DNA from: Candidatus Obscuribacterales bacterium
Lineage (GTDB): Bacteria; Cyanobacteriota; Vampirovibrionia; Obscuribacterales; Obscuribacteraceae
Assembly (NCBI GenBank): GCA_965228855.1
Contig: CBDDIJ010000004.1
Location: 32,001-96,000, forward strand
Reading direction: 5' to 3'
DNA length: 64,000 nucleotides
Shown piece after piece: positions 53,611 to 64,000 of this stretch. The first letter of the stretch is position 1. Each line of letters starts with the position of its first letter. The notes below the pieces were generated by a model, which was given only the letters and a program-made list of their open reading frames with translations, did no database searches and was not told the origin of the DNA. A program made the translations under genes and the position numbers.

Positions 53611-54429
53611 CTACGCCAGGCCCTCCACGATGCTGTCGAGGATCCGACGAATGAACGCGCTGGGATAGACGGCGAAGCGATCACCCTTGGCGTGAGTGAC
53701 GATCCCGTCAAACCGCAGATGGCGCTCCTTGCCGCTGTCGCTCACGATCGAGAACACTGGGGACCCACTGAGGCCGTCGGGATCAATGCTCAACCGGGTG
53801 GACCGTTGGTGCTTGACGAAGATCTCGCGGTTGTCCGGGTCCAGCGGTTCCGGGCTCGCCTGCTCGAGGTCCTGGCGGATCCACCGCGGTGTGAACTTGT
53901 CGAGGCGAAGCTCGCCATCAGGGTCGAGTTCGATCACCATGGAACTGGTCGGGAATCCGAGCAGGAAGGAATAGTCGGTGGCAAGGCCGTTTGCATCTGA
54001 CCAGAGGGTTTGCGACAGGTCGAGATGATTGAGCGGCCGACCGGTCGTTGAATAATCGAGGAACATCAGGTCTTCCAGCGACCGATGTTCCGGGTCGTCG
54101 ATCTTGGGCTTGTGAATCGTGCTTGGCGGCAGGGCAAGCCGCTTGTCGCCGTCCTCCACCACGACGACGAACTTCTCGGCGGACGGCGCGCCGTTGGAAC
54201 CGGAACCCTGGTGCGCCGTCATCAGTCCGAATGACCAGTTCCGGTACCTGCCCATGAACGCTGTCCCGACCTTCTGAAGCTCAAAGAGGGTGTCGCCGGT
54301 GGAGAAGAGGGCTGGCCTGACATAGCGCTGCATCGCGTCGGGAACAGACTTGAACGGCAGGTATGCGCCATTCACCCGCACGCTCATCATGGCATTTGCT
54401 TTTGTCCAGGTCGGTATCGTCACGGCCAA
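53611..54429 (-). CDS. Divergent trypsin-like serine protease
   Basis: Triad-like motifs in order: GTAF...LMTAHQ, EDLMFL, LLGFP and DGLSGSPVF. Confidence 0.7.
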   Translation of the reverse strand: MAVTIPTWTKANAMMSVRVNGAYLPFKSVPDAMQRYVRPALFSTGDTLFELQKVGTAFMGRYRNWSFGLMTAHQGSGSNGAPSAEKFVVVVEDGDKRLALPPSTIHKPKIDDPEHRSLEDLMFLDYSTTGRPLNHLDLSQTLWSDANGLATDYSFLLGFPTSSMVIELDPDGELRLDKFTPRWIRQDLEQASPEPLDPDNREIFVKHQRSTRLSIDPDGLSGSPVFSIVSDSGKERHLRFDGIVTHAKGDRFAVYPSAFIRRILDSIVEGLA

Positions 54430-54467
54430 GCCTCGAAATCACCAGCGTTCGACGCTAGAATACTTGC

Positions 54468-55091
54468 ATGTGCAATGCCTACGAACAGCATGTGAAATGG
54501 GTCGAGTATGTGAAGCTGATGCAGGAGCACGAGCTCGGCATCCCGACGCAGCAGACCGAACTCGACCTGCCGCAGTCGGACGACGTCCGCATCAATGACA
54601 TGGGACCGGTTATGCGGGCGACGGCCAACGACAATGAAGTCGAACTGACGCCGATGAATTTTGGGCTGCCCTCGGATCAGCCCAAGCGCGGTCCGGTGTT
54701 CAACTATCGCTCCGACGGGCGCAACTTCTCCAACAGCAGGCGCTGCCTCATCCCGGCGTCCGGGTTCTTCGAGTTCACCGGCACGAAATATCCCAAGACC
54801 AAGTATCGCTTCACGCTCAACGGAGCGCCCTTCATGGCGATCGCCGGAATCTGGCGCGAGGCCGAAGGCAATCATTCCGCCTCGTTCGCCATGCTGACAA
54901 CCGAGCCCGGGCCCGACATTAAGCCGTACCATGACCGGCAGGTGGTTGTGCTCAAGCCAAGCGACTGGGCGGCCTGGCTTTGGCTCATCAAACCGGAATC
55001 CGAACTGCTGCGTCCGCCCGCTGCCGGTGCTCTGGCGGTCGAGATGGTCCGCAAGGGCACGAATAAGGTTCGCCGGGCCGAGGTCGGTTAG
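54468..55091 (+). CDS. SOS response-associated peptidase (SRAP/YedK/HMCES family)
   Basis: N-terminal MCN (catalytic Cys2), RRCLIPASGFFEF, AIAGIW and MLTTEPGPDIKPYHDRQVVVL. Confidence 0.92.
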   Translation: MCNAYEQHVKWVEYVKLMQEHELGIPTQQTELDLPQSDDVRINDMGPVMRATANDNEVELTPMNFGLPSDQPKRGPVFNYRSDGRNFSNSRRCLIPASGFFEFTGTKYPKTKYRFTLNGAPFMAIAGIWREAEGNHSASFAMLTTEPGPDIKPYHDRQVVVLKPSDWAAWLWLIKPESELLRPPAAGALAVEMVRKGTNKVRRAEVG

Positions 55092-55108
55092 GGATATGGA
55101 GTGCGTGT

Positions 55109-55830
55109 GTGACTGAAACAGCCGAAGGAGCGGCCAAGACGTCGATCGACGTCATTGCGGCGGGCGCGGTTAAGACGTTCGAGAACGCCGAGCAGTTGTT
55201 TTTCGAGGCAGAATTGCTTGCCAAGGCGGGAGCGGTCTCGCGCGCCCTGTTCCTGCACCAGATTTCTCTCGAGGAGTGCTCCAAGATCGAGACGCTCGGC
55301 GCGTGGGCCGTCAGCCTGATTGTCGGCTTCGACGTGGACCAGAAGAAGGTCCTGGCCGCGTTGGCGCGGCACGCGTCCAAGAACAAGTCCAATGCCTATA
55401 TGCTTGAAGGATCCGCGGCCGAGAAGGAGGCCAAATCGCGCGGGGATTTCAAGGCGGCTCTGGATGCGTTCAAGAAGACCCAGGAGGAGTTTCACCACGC
55501 ATCGAACACGGCGAAGAATGCTTCGCTCTACGTGGACTGGGTCGACGGTGCCTTCGTGCCGCCCGGCGAGCGGATCACCAAGGAGATGCTGAGCGAGATC
55601 ACCGCGCGCAACGCAGAATTCTTGGGCTATGCCCACAATGGGATTAAGATGCTCCAGCGGCTGGCGACATCGCCGGACAAGATGGGCGGCCTGATTTCGG
55701 GATTCGTCGAGCAGACTGAAAAGCTCCGAGCCGAGAATCCGGACAACCCGATCCCGCCATGGAGGCACTGCTGGAGCGCTTTCTCGAAGAGGGCAAGCGC
55801 AAGCTGAAGGACGACAATACGCCTTCGTGA
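55109..55830 (+). CDS. AbiV-family (HEPN-like) abortive infection protein, with a probable 1-nt indel near 55755
   Basis: ENAEQL..EAELL.......RA.FL..ISLEE.SK, RHASKNK and KNASLYVDW. An alternative frame gives a helical tail (AMEALLERFLEEGKRKL) ending at 55830. Confidence 0.8.
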
Positions 55831-55886
55831 ACGGAGCGGCGTCCGCTCACGTCAGAAGCGGACGGCCCTCTGGCTGTTGCACGGTA

Positions 55887-58800
55887 TCACCGGAAGTCGC
55901 GTGTCTTCACCCTGATCGGATCGACATTCAGCGTCGGATCCACCACGTCGCGCGGCCTGAACCCTTTCGGCAGGCTGCGCGGATCGATCCCCGGGCCGCC
56001 ATGGTGTGCCTCGTCGCCGCGCCCATGTGGCAGCGGAAAAGGCGTATCGCGGTTGCCGACGCTGGCGAGTTCCCCGGACAGGTCAACGAGTTGGTTGGCG
56101 ACGAGATGAACGACCTCGCCTTCGCGCTGAATCCTGCCGCGAACGGCGAGCATCGACGAGGAGAGGAGCACGCGGCGGAATTTCTCGAAGACCTTGACCC
56201 AGACCACGACATTGGCGGCGCCGGTCTCGTCTTCCATAGTGAGGAACATGACACCCTTGGCCGAACCGGGGCGCTGACGCACCAGCACCAGCCCCGCGGC
56301 CTCCAGCCAGCGGCCGTCGCGGGCCTGCATTGCCTGGCGGCAGGTCACGATGCGGCGTCGGACAAGGTCGGCGCGCAGGAAGGACAGCGGATGATTGCGC
56401 AGCGTGAGCCCGACATGTCCGTAATCCTCGACCACTTCCCGTCCGGCTGTCATCGGGCGCAGGGGCACGGCCGGTTCGTGAATCTCGGAGACGGTATGCC
56501 GCTCCCGCGCCGAGGCGGCGGCAAAGAGCGGCAAGGGTTCGTCGCGCAGCCCCTTGAGGGCCCATAGCGCCCCGCGACGGGCCAGGCCGAGATCGGCGCG
56601 GAAGGCATCGGCTTCGGCCAGTTGCACGAGCGACGTCGCGGGAACGCCCGCCCGATGCCAGAGGTCATCGATCGAGGCGAAAGGCTCGTCCGCCCGTGCC
56701 GCGACGATCGCGCCGGCGTCGGCATTGGCGAGACCTTTGACGAGGCGGAGACCCAGACGGACGGCAAACCGGGCCATCCTCGCCGGCCGGTTCCAGCGTG
56801 CAGTCCCAGCGACTGGCATTGATGCAGACGGGTCGGATCTCGACACCATGATCGCGGGCATCGCGCACGATCTGTGCCGGCAGATAGAAGCCCATCGGCT
56901 GGGAGTTGAGCAGCGCGCAGCAGAAGACGTCGGGATGGTGGCATTTCATCCAGGATGACGCATAGGCGATCAGCGCGAACGAAGCGGCGTGGCTTTCGGG
57001 AAAGCCGTAGCTGCCGAAGCCTTCGAGTTGCTTGAAGGTGTTGGCCGCGAAGTCCGGGGTATAACCATTGGCGATCATGCCGCCGATCAGCTTGTCCCTG
57101 AACTTGCTGACCCCGCCGGTGTGCTTGAACGTCGCCATGGCGCGGCGCAACTGGTCGGCTTCGCCGGCGGAAAAGCCGGCGCAGACCATGGCGACCTGCA
57201 TCGCCTGTTCTTGGAACAGCGGTACACCCAGCGTCTTGCCCAGCACGCGCTCGAGCTCGGGCGTCGGGAATTCGACCGGCTCCTTGCCCTCGCGGCGGCG
57301 AAGATAGGGATGGACCATGTCGCCTTGGATCGGACCGGGGCGAACGATGGCGACCTCCACGACCAGATCGTAGAAGGTGCGCGGCTTGATGCGCGGCAGC
57401 ATCGACATCTGCGCGCGGCTTTCGATCTGGAAGACGCCGATCGTGTCCGCCTTGCGGATCATCGCATAGGTCGCCGGGTCCTCTGCCGGGATGCTCGCAA
57501 GGTCGAGGGTGACACCCTTGTGCTCGCTGAGGAGGTCGAAGGAGCGCTTCATGCATGTGAGCATGCCGAGCGCCAGCACGTCGACCTTCATGAATTTGAG
57601 GATGTCGATGTCGTCCTTGTCCCATTCGATGACTTGGCGATCTACCATGCGCGCCGGCTCGATCGGCGCCAGGTCATCAAGCCGGTCATTCGTCAAAACG
57701 AAACCGCCCGGATGCTGCGACAGGTGCCGCGGCGTCCCTTCCAGTTGCTGTGCGAGCTCGAGAGTCAGCCGCAGGCGTCGATCCGCCAGGTTGAAATTGA
57801 GTTCGCGGGCGCGCGTCTCGTCGATGCCCTCGCCGTGGCCCCAGACCTGGGAGGAGAGCAGCTTGGTGACGTCCTCGGGCAGGCCAAGCGCCTTGCCGAT
57901 GTCGCGGACGGCGCCCTTGGTGTGATAACGCACGACGGTCGAGCAGAGCGCGCTGTGGTCGCGGCCATAGGTCTCGTAGACCCACTGCATGACGATCTCG
58001 CGCCGTTCATGCTCGAAATCGACGTCGATGTCTGGGGGCTCCTTGCGCTCCTGGCTGACGAAACGCTCGAAGAGGAGGTTGTTGCGTTCGGGATCGATGC
58101 TGGTGATACCCAGCACATAGCAGACGGCTGAATTGGCGGCCGAGCCTCTGCCCTGACACAGGATCTCCCGGCTGCGCGCGAACTGCACGATGGCGTTCAC
58201 GGTCAGAAAATACGGCGCATATTGCAGCGTCGCGATCAGCCTCAATTCATGTTTGATGAGGGCGATGACCTTGTCCGGGACGCCTTCGGGATAGCGCCGT
58301 TCGGCGCCTTCCCAGGTGAGTTTCTCAAGCGCCTGCTGCGCCGTCAGTCCGGGCAGCATCTTCTCTTCCGGATATTGATACGCCAGTTCGTCGAGCGAGA
58401 AGCGGCACTGGCGGACAATCTCGTGCGTGCGCGCCAGGGCTTCGGGATAGCGGGAGAACAGCCGTGCCATTTCCTCGGGCGGCTTGAGATAGCGGTCGGC
58501 ATGGCGCTCGCGCCTGAAGCCCAACTGGTCGATGGTGATGTTGTGGCGAATGGCCGTCACCACGTCCTGCAGGATGCGCCGGCCGGGTTCGTGGAACAGA
58601 ACGTCGTTCGTCACCACCGTCGGCACCCGCATCCGGGTGGCGAGGTTGGACAGTTCGTGCAGGCGAAGCTGGTCGTTGGGCCTGCGCCGCAGGGTCAGGG
58701 CGAGATAGGCGCGGTCCTTGAAGGTTTCGCGCAGGCGCCGCAGCTGCATCGCGCAGGTCTCATCCGCCTGATCAGGGACAAGGACAGCGATGAGACCCTC

Positions 58801-59154
58801 CGCGTAGGTGGCGACGTCGTCCCACTCGAGGTGGCATTTGGCCTTGCCGCCGCGCTTCTTGCCCAGGGTGAGCAGCCGGCACAGCCGGGAATAGGCGGCG
58901 CGATCGGTGGGATAGACCAGCACCGACATGCCATCGACCAGATCGAGGCGGCAGCCGACGATGAGCCTGATGCCGGTGTCCCTCGCGGCCTGATAGGCAC
59001 GCACGATTCCGGCGAGGGAATTGCGGTCGACCACGGCCAGGGCCTCGATGCCGAGCAGAGCTGCCTGGGCGAATAGTTCGTCGCAACTGCTCGCACCGCG
59101 CAGGAACGAGAAGTGGCTTGTGACCTGCAATTCCGCATAGCGCGGCCCGCTCAT
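55887..59154 (-). CDS. dnaE2: Error-prone DNA polymerase DnaE2 (ImuC) with an apparent frameshift near 56772
   Basis: [46 protein letters not shown] and [10 protein letters not shown]. The C-terminal VRLGLR...[11 protein letters not shown]...TRDFR is in the +1 frame. Confidence 0.95.
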
Positions 59155-60671
59155 GCGAAGACCCCATGCAGAAACCACTTGTGCGAGCCGGTCTCGGGGT
59201 CCTCGCCGTCGCCGGCGCGGTAGATCCAGAAGCGTTCCCCGGAGGCATCCTCCACCTGGAAATAGTCGCGCACGGCAATGAGCTCGGCATCGCGCTGCCA
59301 CCATTCGCCGAACACCCGCTCCGGGCCGTCTGCCCGGGCGACGCGATGCCGGATGCCGCGCCAACTGAACCAGACCGGCGGATGGTCGGGCAGCAGCGCC
59401 ATGGTCTCGATGGGTTCGGGATGCGCCAGCAGACGCGGCGGGCGCGGCCAGTCGCCTGGCCAACTCGTCCCGTCATCGGGCGCGGTCGGCGCAACGCGCT
59501 GGATCGAGCGTTCCGGCACGTCGCTCTCGACCGGGGCAAAGCGATAGAGCCGCTGTTCGCCGATGCGGTTGCTGAGCGTGTCGATGAGGTCGGTGATGTC
59601 CGGCTCCGGTTCCTCGACCAGCGATGAAATGATCTGCCTGGCGCCAAAGGGCTCGGCGAGCGTTGCGGCCAGCGTCATGACCTCGATGCCGAAACCGGGG
59701 TCGACGGTTTCGATCCGGTCGGTGAGGAGCCGGGTCAGCCGCTTGACGTCGCGCACGGGCACGGCGGTCCCGGCGCGGATGGCTTGGATCCGGTTGTCGA
59801 CGCGATGAAAGACGAGATCCAGCCGGCGGGCGCCGAGGCCCTTGGCCTCGAGCGCCTCGCAAAGCGCCGTCACGAGTTTGCCGGTATAGCGGGCGATGGT
59901 CTCGGCGGCGCTGATCGGCTCGCCGAAGGCGCGGCGCACTTCGATGATTTCGGGTGAGCGGGCGGGCTCGAACGGTTCGCCGCGCCGGCCCAGAGCCTGA
60001 TCGAGACGGCGGCCAAGCTCGGGCCCGAAGCGCAGGGTGAGAGAGGCGGGCGGCGCCGCTTCGAGGTCGCCGACCCGCTCGAAGCCAAGCGTGAGCAGGC
60101 CGGCGACGATCTCGTGGGCAAGCCGCAAGGCGCCGATTGGAAGCCCGCGCACTATCGCCGTGGCTTGCCCCACAGGCGCAATGAAGGTCGGGCGGGCGAG
60201 GAAGCGCGCGCAGGCATGCGCCGCGCCCCAGGTGTCCGCGACGGCGGCACGCGCGTCGATGCCGGACGCCGCCAGGCGCGACACCAGTCCCTCGAGCATC
60301 GCCTCTTCGCCGCCATGCAGATGATCGGCGCCGGTGGTGTCGATGATGAGGCCATCGGGCGGATCGGCGGCGACGATCGGCGCGTAGCGCAGGCACCAGA
60401 GCGCCATTTTATCGAGCGCTGCGGTATCGCCCGCCGCGTCGAGGTCGAAGCTCTGGAGGTTGGGTACCAGAACCTGGGCCTTGCTCGCCGGCATGCCGAC
60501 GCGCAGGCCGGCCGCGCGCGCTGCCGCATCGGCGGCCAGCACCAGCCGCCGGTTCCCCTTCCGGCCGAGCATGACGATCGGGGTTTTAGCCGAGGGCGCG
60601 GATGCGCCCATCGCGCGCCGCAGGCGATCGGTCGGCCAGGTCGGAAAATAGAGCGAGACGACCCTTGTCAT
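59151..60671 (-). CDS. imuB: ImuB (Y-family polymerase-like, inactive)
   Basis: [48 protein letters not shown] and RDYFQVED. Confidence 0.93.
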   Translation of the reverse strand: MTRVVSLYFPTWPTDRLRRAMGASAPSAKTPIVMLGRKGNRRLVLAADAAARAAGLRVGMPASKAQVLVPNLQSFDLDAAGDTAALDKMALWCLRYAPIVAADPPDGLIIDTTGADHLHGGEEAMLEGLVSRLAASGIDARAAVADTWGAAHACARFLARPTFIAPVGQATAIVRGLPIGALRLAHEIVAGLLTLGFERVGDLEAAPPASLTLRFGPELGRRLDQALGRRGEPFEPARSPEIIEVRRAFGEPISAAETIARYTGKLVTALCEALEAKGLGARRLDLVFHRVDNRIQAIRAGTAVPVRDVKRLTRLLTDRIETVDPGFGIEVMTLAATLAEPFGARQIISSLVEEPEPDITDLIDTLSNRIGEQRLYRFAPVESDVPERSIQRVAPTAPDDGTSWPGDWPRPPRLLAHPEPIETMALLPDHPPVWFSWRGIRHRVARADGPERVFGEWWQRDAELIAVRDYFQVEDASGERFWIYRAGDGEDPETGSHKWFLHGVFA

Positions 60672-61377
60672 CGCAGGCTTCCACTTCAAAGTCGGCGCTT
60701 TCTCCCGCCCGCACTCGGATGAGTTCGAGCTGCCAGCGCGCACGGCCGACGCCGGGGACCGGCAAGGAACGGGAGGGAAGCGCGGAGACACGCCAGCGGG
60801 TGACCGCGGCGGTCGGTTGTCCAAAATCGGTCGCTTCGGTCTGCCGACGCCAGCGGCGGATGGCGATGCCGATGGCGCCGGATGTCTCGGCGGCCAGTTG
60901 CAGCCGGCGGGAGGCGGTCATGGAGAGCCGGGCCAGTTCGGCAACGACGGCGCCTAGCCCGCCATGGCGAAGCCCTTCCTCGAAGCAAGCGAGCACCGAG
61001 GCTTCGTCGCCGGCCTCGACATAGACGACACGGCCGGGCAGCAGCCCGGCCTGGGCCAACGCCGGAGCGAAGAGATCCTGCCGGGTGACACACCAGAGCA
61101 CCTTGCCTTTGGTGCGCGCGGCGATGCCGGCGGCAAAGAGCGCCGCGGCGGCCCCATCGATCGCCCCGTTGCGGCCGCCCGCAACCTCATGCAGCGCCCC
61201 GAGCGCCAGCCCGCCTCCCGGCAGGACTTTGTCGATACCGGGAACGCCGAAGGGGAGCACTGCACGATGGCGCGCCGGCCCGCCTTCGAGGCGTGCGATT
61301 CGCTCGCGAAGCGCAGCGATAGCAGGGCTGGCGGCCGGCTGACCCATGGATAAATCACTCTCAAACAGGCTTCCCAA
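60586..61377 (-). CDS. imuA: ImuA (RecA/SulA-like)
   Basis: LPFGV.GID..LPGGGLALGALHE, EEGLRHGGL.AVVAE and MTASRRLQLAAE. Confidence 0.92.
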   Translation of the reverse strand: MGSLFESDLSMGQPAASPAIAALRERIARLEGGPARHRAVLPFGVPGIDKVLPGGGLALGALHEVAGGRNGAIDGAAAALFAAGIAARTKGKVLWCVTRQDLFAPALAQAGLLPGRVVYVEAGDEASVLACFEEGLRHGGLGAVVAELARLSMTASRRLQLAAETSGAIGIAIRRWRRQTEATDFGQPTAAVTRWRVSALPSRSLPVPGVGRARWQLELIRVRAGESADFEVEACDDKGRLALFSDLADRSPAARDGRIRALG

Positions 61378-61396
61378 TGGATTTCTGGGTTGAAAT

Positions 61397-61411
61397 GTTC
61401 CCTATTTGTTC
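61397..61411. promoter_or_regulatory. Alphaproteobacterial LexA (SOS) box
   Basis: GTTC-CCTATTT-GTTC (GTTC-N7-GTTC) directly upstream of imuA. Confidence 0.9.
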
Positions 61412-61563
61412 TATTGATGCGGGAGGAGTCAATCGGACCCGTCGTCCACCTGCTAGAAAGGCATTTAAACTGATGGCTCGCATCTGGATCGAACTCGATC
61501 TAGCAGCAGTGACCGGCATAAACTGGCTCAGCTCCGATGGCCGCCCCCGTCTAGGGAGCAGAC

Positions 61564-62355
61564 CTATACCAGTTTGTTTTCACGGGAACCCTTGAAGGCG
61601 GTCCAGGCGTCTAGCCCTTCGCATGGTAGCTTTACCGTTCCCCTCGAGGCCAAGAGTTCAATCGTGCCTGGGGAATGACCGGTAAAGGCGCTGACAAATT
61701 CCTTGGAAGCGGTTGTTCCCGAGCCCGGTTCGAAGAAGGCGAGGTAGAAAATATAGCTCTGCAGGTGGACTATCCGAAGAAGCTTGCTCTTCCCGGAAAT
61801 CGTGACGTAGGCGTGTCCGACACGGTTTAGCCTCGGCTCCCAGATTTCTGGCTCATCTCCACCTCCGAGGTACTGCTCGCGGTCTCTCGGTGAGACCTTG
61901 CCGGGATAGCAGAGTTGGAGAAAAAGCCTCACGGAACGGCCGAGCTGCTCCTGCCCCTTAAGAATATAGGGAAGCAGCGGTGGGTACACGATCAGGTCCA
62001 TTGCCTCGTGCATGCGCGCCGAGTTGTAGGACATTTTCAGAAGCCACCGTTTGAGCAGATGGTAGTCGTAGTCGAAGGTGACCGTTTCCCCTCGCGTGAG
62101 GATGCGCGCACAGTGGCGATCAAAGAGGGAGCATATATACGCATCGAGTGTGGAGAGCGGGCCGTTGTTACAGACCTCGCATACATCCTTGATGACGGGT
62201 TCGCCCGCAATCTCTTGATCGATGCGCCGCAGCCAGAATCGGCTGCTTTCACGCGCGCCTAGGTCAAGCATGCGCTTATGCAGGGATGCGGGAAAGAGAT
62301 GTTCCTTCGTCCGCCTATTCTCTGTTGGACCGCAGTAAGCGCAGCTCCATTCCAC
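61564..62355 (-). CDS. HNH-like endonuclease domain protein
   Basis: CAYC, TKEHLFP and VCEVCNNG.LS.LD (zinc-ribbon HNH pattern). Confidence 0.75.
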   Translation of the reverse strand: MEWSCAYCGPTENRRTKEHLFPASLHKRMLDLGARESSRFWLRRIDQEIAGEPVIKDVCEVCNNGPLSTLDAYICSLFDRHCARILTRGETVTFDYDYHLLKRWLLKMSYNSARMHEAMDLIVYPPLLPYILKGQEQLGRSVRLFLQLCYPGKVSPRDREQYLGGGDEPEIWEPRLNRVGHAYVTISGKSKLLRIVHLQSYIFYLAFFEPGSGTTASKEFVSAFTGHSPGTIELLASRGTVKLPCEGLDAWTAFKGSRENKLV

Positions 62356-62465
62356 CAGCGATAGTCCTCCTATCAGATGTCAGCATCGTCTCTCTTTGCT
62401 GAAAGGCACAATTGGAATCTATCAGGCTGGTGGACTAACAGCCAAATGGCCTCGTATGGCAGGAG

Positions 62466-63305
62466 GTGCCATTGACCGCTACGAAGTTCGTCATCGATAG
62501 CAGCAGGCTGCAGTCGTCCGAGTTGCGCGAGTTCCTCAGCGCAAGTGCGGCGAACCTGGCTGTGCTTCCGGACTTCGCCTGGTTCGAAGTCTACAAGCAG
62601 GAGACCGTCGAGGCGGTTCTCGCTTTCCTGTCGGTCATCAGCGATTTCCCCGAACAGATCATCGTTCTCAAGTCCGGAGGAGAGATCGCGAGAATGAACC
62701 TCGGCCGGTCCAGCGAGATCGTAGCGATGGAGCAGCAGGGCATCGCACCCCTGCTTCGCGAGATGGCCGATATCATGAACGGACCTCGAAGCGGCGATGC
62801 AATTGTCCTGCAGCAACTAAGGAAGTTATGGAGCGCCGCTGCCGTCAATCGCGCTGGGATGTATGAGGGAGCGATCGACATCGTGACCTCGCTGCCGGAG
62901 ATGTCTGAGCAGATGTTTTCGCAGCACGAGGTACGGATCATCCGTACGAACGGGCGGTACACTGAAGCGATGTTCGCCAGCATTTTTGGTGCTGCTGAAC
63001 AGGTATGGGAAACCTTGGCTGAGGAGTACGGCCTGCCGTGGCGGTCAATGCACCGCGACAATGCAGTAAACGCCTACCTTTTCCGATATTCGCTCGGCAT
63101 CGTCATCTATCTCCTCTGGTGGATACGGACTGGCAGCCCGAAGATCGAGCGCGTCGATCGGATACAGAACGACCTTATTGACCTGAGCTTCGCGGTATAC
63201 GGAACCTACTACGACGGATTTCTCACCGCCGATCGCAAGGCAGAATGGATGTTTCTCAACCTATCTCGAGCACTCGAGACAGCACGAACGTCCGCCTTGC
63301 GCTAA
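62466..63305 (+). CDS. Hypothetical protein with PIN-like acidic motifs
   Basis: N-terminal FVIDSS, a central WFE and C-terminal NDLIDLSFAVY..YYDGFLTAD. Confidence 0.55.
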   Translation: MPLTATKFVIDSSRLQSSELREFLSASAANLAVLPDFAWFEVYKQETVEAVLAFLSVISDFPEQIIVLKSGGEIARMNLGRSSEIVAMEQQGIAPLLREMADIMNGPRSGDAIVLQQLRKLWSAAAVNRAGMYEGAIDIVTSLPEMSEQMFSQHEVRIIRTNGRYTEAMFASIFGAAEQVWETLAEEYGLPWRSMHRDNAVNAYLFRYSLGIVIYLLWWIRTGSPKIERVDRIQNDLIDLSFAVYGTYYDGFLTADRKAEWMFLNLSRALETARTSALR

Positions 63306-63345
63306 CCGCAGCTGAGACCAGCGGCGACACCCGCGCGCGGCTCGC

Positions 63346-63807
63346 TCATAATTTCTGATCGACCTCGAACGCGAAGAATGCGCCCAGCGATTTGCGCATC
63401 CGATCGCCGTCACGAACATCGCATTCCCAGATAACGAGAACGCGATATCCTTGAGACTGCAGCGCTGCGATCTTTTCTGTGTCGCGAGCCTGATTGCGAG
63501 CAAGTTTCTCGGCCCAGTAGCCAACGTTCGACTTTGGCGACGACGCCAGCTTGCAGCCTTCATGCGAGTGCCAGAAGCAGCCGTGGACAAAGATTGCCCA
63601 TTTGTGAGTCTTGTTGGCAATGTCCGGTTTGCCCGGAAGGTCCTCGACGTGATTGCGGAAGCGAAGTCCGTGGGCATGCAAAGCCGATCGGACAAGTACC
63701 TCTGGTTTCGTATTCTTCGAACGGATCCGCGCCATCATTTGCGAGCGCGTAAGCGGGTCGCGCTTCCTTCGCGGTAGAATCTTGGCAACAGGGGACGACT
63801 TGGCCAC
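63346..63807 (-). CDS. vsr: Very short patch repair endonuclease
   Basis: RSQMMARIRSKNTKPE, LPGKPDI, FVHGCFWH.H, YWAEKL.RN..RD and IWEC. Confidence 0.95.
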   Translation of the reverse strand: MAKSSPVAKILPRRKRDPLTRSQMMARIRSKNTKPEVLVRSALHAHGLRFRNHVEDLPGKPDIANKTHKWAIFVHGCFWHSHEGCKLASSPKSNVGYWAEKLARNQARDTEKIAALQSQGYRVLVIWECDVRDGDRMRKSLGAFFAFEVDQKL

Positions 63808-63999
63808 TCAGTTCCCCTTTGATCGGGTTTGAACCGCACCTGCTGGAACATCGGACGCTACGACAATCGGAAGATCATCCAGCGAAAAGACGCAGGTCGA
63901 CGCGTCCGCGCGAAGCCTTCCGTCGGCCTTAACTCTGGCGGAGACAACCCGCCATTGCGCCCCCCTCGGCGAAGCGGTGAGATCCCCATGAATACTGCG
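63808..63999 (-). CDS. 3' end of an unidentified gene directly upstream of vsr (partial)
   Basis: An open frame runs from the window edge to TGA at 63810-63808, abutting the vsr GTG. Confidence 0.4.
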   Translation of the reverse strand, partial: RSIHGDLTASPRGAQWRVVSARVKADGRLRADASTCVFSLDDLPIVVASDVPAGAVQTRSKGN

Positions 64000-64000
64000 G

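Noticed and set aside
46875..56861. Programmed frameshifting in the helicase and dnaE2 genes
   Set aside because: No slippery motif, and these families are normally continuous ORFs; sequencing indels are more likely.
23013..63777. Many long overlapping or antisense ORFs (e.g. 25400-26755, 41116-42564, 46881-48239, 49846-51114)
   Set aside because: Shadow ORFs expected in high-GC DNA opposite recognisable genes; no motifs of their own.
23013..64000. Ancient horizontal transfer of an ICE into the ciliate genome
   Set aside because: No GC amelioration, bacterial RBS and operon structure intact, TGA used as stop, junction in mid-trbJ without an att site; a chimera is more parsimonious.

Overview
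The window has two halves of different origin that meet abruptly at about 23024-23028. Bases 1 to ~23023 are very AT-rich (roughly 25-30% GC by eye) eukaryotic DNA that behaves like germline (micronuclear) DNA of a Euplotes-type ciliate. Conserved genes (GlnRS, SSNA1/DIP13, a GH38 alpha-mannosidase-like protein, U2AF65, an SPFH protein) are intact or become intact only if UGA is read as Cys, ribosomes shift +1 at AAA-TAA/TAG, short introns are spliced, and two TA-bounded internal eliminated sequences (IESs) are removed. This half also has three fold-back elements and two G-runs exactly 17 bp from a TTGAA chromosome-breakage core; one of these G-runs is the junction itself. Bases ~23028 to 64000 are GC-rich (roughly 65% by eye) alphaproteobacterial DNA from a Tn4371/ICEMlSym-related integrative conjugative element. 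It carries trbJEDCB, traG, a MOBP relaxase with oriT, parA, repA with internal iterons, rdfS, frameshifted fseA, qseM, two qseC-like regulators, a leading region (DUF736, DUF2493, toprim, strawberry-notch methylase/helicase, parB, radC, ardC) and accessory cargo (trypsin-like protease, SRAP, AbiV, LexA-boxed imuABC, HNH, PIN-like protein, Vsr). The junction is most likely a read or assembly chimera at a natural chromosome end, and the bacterial half carries single-base indels typical of unpolished long reads. All gene models and family calls were made by eye, without searches.
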